From NCBI GenBank assembly GCA_030390025.1, contig JASTWF010000033.1, forward strand, positions 4,590,001-4,654,000: a stretch of 64,000 nucleotides of DNA. The letters are read 5' to 3'. This DNA is from Squalus acanthias. Its lineage: Eukaryota. The notes under the pieces are model-generated. The model searched no databases. It was given only the letters and a program-made list of their open reading frames with translations, and had not been told where the DNA came from. Every line of letters begins with the position of its first letter. The stretch's first letter is position 1. The position numbers were made by a program, and so were the translations under genes. Below, piece after piece: positions 60,701 through 64,000 of the stretch.

Positions 60701-61928
60701 GTAACAAGCAGGGTGGACAAGGGTGGAGCCAGTGGATGTGGTGTAGTTGGATTTCCAGAAGGCATTCGATAAGATAGCCAAATAAAAGTTTACTGCATAA
60801 GATAAGAGCTCACGAATTGGGGGTAGATATTAGCATGGATAGAGAATTGGCTAACTAACAGAAAGCAGAGATCGGGATAAATGGGTCATTTTCTGGTTGG
60901 CAAACGGTAACTATTGGGGTGCCACAAGGATCGGTGCTGGGGCCCCAACTATTTACAACCTACATTAACGACTTGGATGAAGGGATCGAGTGTAATGTAG
61001 ATAAGTTTGCGGATGATACAAAGATGGGTGGGGGAAGCAAGTTGTGCAGAGGACTCAAAGAAATCTGCAAAGGGATATAGACAACTTTGGTGAGAGGGCA
61101 AATATTTGCCAGATGGAGTATAATGTGGGAAAGAGCGAGTTTATCCACTTTGGCAGGAAAAATAAAAAAGCAAACTATTATTTCAATGGAGAGAGATTAC
61201 AACATGCTACAGTTCAGAGGGACCTGGGGTCTTTGTGCATGAAACACAAAAATTAGCATGCAGGTGCAGTAAATAATCAGAAAGGGCAAATTGCATGTTG
61301 GCCTTTATTTCAGGGGGGTTGGAGTATAAAAGCAGGGAAGTCCTGCTACAACTGTACAAGGGTATTGTTGACACCACACCTGGAGTACTGCGTACAGTTT
61401 TGGTCTCCTTATTTAAGGACGGATATACTTGCATTGGAGGCAGTTCAGAGACGATTCACGAGGTTAATTCCAGAGATGAGGGGGGTTGACTTATGAGGAA
61501 AGGTTGAGCTGGCTGGGCCTATACTTATTTGGAATTTAGATGACTGAGAGGTGATCTTATCGAAATATATAAGATACTGAGGATGCTCGACATGGTAGAT
61601 GCACAGAGGATGTTTCCCCTCGTGGGGAAATCTAGATCTCTGGGGCACAGTCTCAGAATAAACGGTCGCCCTTTTAGAACTGTGATGAGGAAGAACTTCT
61701 TCCCTCAGAGTGTCGTAAATTTGTGGAATCTTCTGCCCCAGAGAGCTGTGGAGGCTGGGTCATTAAATACATTTAAAGTGGAGATAGACACATTTTTGCA
61801 AGATAAGGGAGTGACTGGTTGTGTGGTGCGAGCTAGGAAGTGTCTTTGAGCCCAAGATCAGCCATGATCTTATTGAATGGCGGAGCAGGCTCGAGGGGCC
61901 GTGTGGCCTATTCATGCTCGTATTCTTA
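57466..61928 (+). mobile_element. Near full-length but inactivated CR1: tandem-repeat 5' UTR, ORF1 (Zn finger + SGNH esterase), ORF2 (APE + RT)
   Basis: ORF1 ICSKC, VVVIGESIVRG, HVGAND, DGLHLN; ORF2 from ~59050 LYLNARSIRNKIDEL..ITETWL to 61849; many stops and frameshifts; TGATA on both sides. Confidence 0.9.
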
Positions 61929-62053
61929 TGATAGAGTAAGTAAGGGGAACATTTGCCACTGACTGACTTGTCATTACCAAATGACCGAACTTTGATCACG
62001 CAGTGAGATGATTTGGAATGACCTCTCCGAAAGGTTGTTGGTGCAGATTCAAT

Positions 62054-63461
62054 GGGCTCAGTTGGTAGAAAACTCACCTCTGAGTCAGAAGGTTGTGTAT
62101 TCAATTCCACTCCAACGACGTGAGTACAAAAATCAAGGATGACACTCCAGTCCAGCATTTAGGGAGCGCGGCACTGTCAGAGGGTCAGTACTGGAAGGGA
62201 GCGCCGCACTGTCGGAGGGGCAGTACTGATGGAGCGCTGCACTGTCGGAGGGTCCGTACTGGAGGGAGCGCTGCACTGTCGGAGGGGCAGTATTGAGGGA
62301 GCCCGCACTGTCGGAGGGCAGTACTGATGGAGCGCTGCACTGTCGGAGGGGCAGTACTGAGGGAGCGCTGCACTGTCGGAGGGGCAGTACTGATGGAGCG
62401 CTGCACTGTCGGAGGGACAGTACTGAGGGAGCGCTGCACTGTCGGAGGGGCAGTATTGAGGGAGCCCCTCACTGTCGAGGGCAGTACTGATGGAGCACTT
62501 GCACTGTCAGGAGGGGCAGTACTGAGGGAGCGCTGCACTGTCGGAGGGGCAGTACTGATGGAGCGCTGCACTGTCGGAGGGTCAGTACTGAGGGAGCGCT
62601 GCACTGTCGGAGGGACATTACTTGAGGGAGTGCTGCACTGTCGGAGGGGCAGTAATGAGGGAGTGCAGCACTGTCGGATGGGCAGTAATGAGGGATCGCT
62701 GTACTGTTGGAGGGTGAGTACTGAGGGAGCGCTGCACTGTCGGAGGGGCAGGAATGTGGGAGTGCAGCACTGTCGGGTGGGCAGTAACTGAGGGTGAACT
62801 GCACTGTCGGAGGGACAGTAATGAGGATGCGCTCTGCTGTTGGAGGGACAGGGGAGCAATGCATTGTCGGAGGGACAGTATTGACGGAGCGCTGCACTGT
62901 CAGAGTAAAAGTACTGAGGGAGCGCTCTACTGTTGCCGAGGCAGTACTGAGGGAGCGATGCACTGTCGGAGGGGCAGTACTGAGGGAGAGCTGCTCTGTC
63001 GGAGGGCTGTACTGAGGGAGCGATGCACTGCCGGATGGTCAGTACTGAGGGAGCACTGTATTCGCAGAGGGGCATTACTGAGTTAGCGCTGCGCTGTTGT
63101 AGGTGCATTACTGAGGAGACTGTCCTTTCGGAGGGATCTGATTTAGGATGCGACGTTAAACCGAGGCCTGTTTGCTCTCTCTCAGGTGAATGTAAAAGAT
63201 CCCATGGCAATATTCGAAGAAGAGCAGTAGAGTTATCCTTAGTGTTCTGGTCAATATTTATCTCAATCAACATCACTAAAACAGATGACTTGGTCGTAAT
63301 TGCCATGCTGTTTGTGGGAACTTTCTATTTTACAAACTGCCTGCCGTGTTTCCTGGAGTGCAACACAGACTTCACTTCACCAGTACTTCTTTGGCTCTAA
63401 AGTGCTTTGCGTCATCCCAAGGTCGTTAAAGGCGCTCTATAAATGCAAGTTTTTCTTTCTT
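62054..63461 (+). mobile_element. Deu-type SINE with an internal minisatellite expansion
   Basis: Head ggctcagttggtag..; body resumes ~63130 (acgttaaaccgaggcc..aaagatcccatggc); L2-like tail ggcgctctataaatgcaagt. Confidence 0.88.
62150..63130 (+). repeat. 33-bp GC-rich minisatellite (gcagtactgagggagcgctgcactgtcggaggg), ~29 copies
   Basis: Period read at 62351/62384. Confidence 0.95.
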
Positions 63462-63589
63462 AATAGAAACATTCAAAAGGTAATTCGATATTACTTGAAA
63501 AGGCAGAATTTTTCAGGACTATGGGGAAACGGCTTAATTGTTCACTACCATTCACGAAAGGATATGACAGCTTTGAAATAATCTGATCT

Positions 63590-64000
63590 GTTGCTTGTGG
63601 GATCGCTTGAATCTGTCTAATTTCATCCCTCTGAGCACGATGGTAGTGGCACATGATACGATGGATGGTGTCCTCAGTGTGAAGGCGAGAATTATTCTCC
63701 ACAAATATTGTGTAGTCCTACCAATAGCGTCATGGACAGATGCATATGCGATAAGTAGATTGGTGAGGACGGGGTCATGCAGGCTATATTCTCATGTTGG
63801 TTCTCCCACCACCTGCCGCCATCCTAGACTGGCAGCTCTGTTCTTTAAGGCTCGGTTTATGATGGTGCTTCTGAACCAGTCTTGCTAATGGACATTGACA
63901 TCTCACCCTCCCCACCCAGAGAATACATGTTGTGCCCTTTCTGCTCTCGGTGCTCCATCAACTGGAGTTCAGCATGAAGATGTGCTGATTCATCAGCTGA
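63590..64000 (-). mobile_element. Degraded APE endonuclease region of a LINE, probably the 43055 family
   Basis: Minus strand reads SADES..VH..QVVGEPT..DPVLTNL..ASVHD..SRLHTEDTIHRIMCHYHRA. Confidence 0.7.

Noticed and set aside
62150..63130. CRISPR-like look of the 33-bp palindromic repeats, and the 373-aa ORF
   Set aside because: Repeats are contiguous with no unique spacers, there are no cas genes, and they lie inside a SINE

Overview
Eukaryotic, almost entirely repetitive DNA; the TE families suggest a cartilaginous fish (inference). 1-3613: an apparently intact Penelope-like retroelement (RT plus C-terminal GIY-YIG endonuclease, 892 aa from the first ATG) between ~99% identical direct pseudo-LTRs, each carrying a minimal hammerhead ribozyme. 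At 3852-4112 is a palindromic non-autonomous insert with two head-to-head hammerhead relics. 4.85-18.95 kb: degenerate CT-rich simple satellite with CR1 insertions. Polarity then flips to a ~19 kb, 22-bp GA-rich satellite (18.96-37.94 kb). 38-64 kb: nested, mostly decayed CR1, L2 and other LINEs, Deu-type, V-type and other tRNA-derived SINEs, and minisatellites. The only host-gene signal is a frameshifted first exon of a GPR139-like GPCR near 45 kb whose exon-end/donor unit is triplicated. Family names come from recognised motifs, not database searches; boundaries of decayed elements are approximate.
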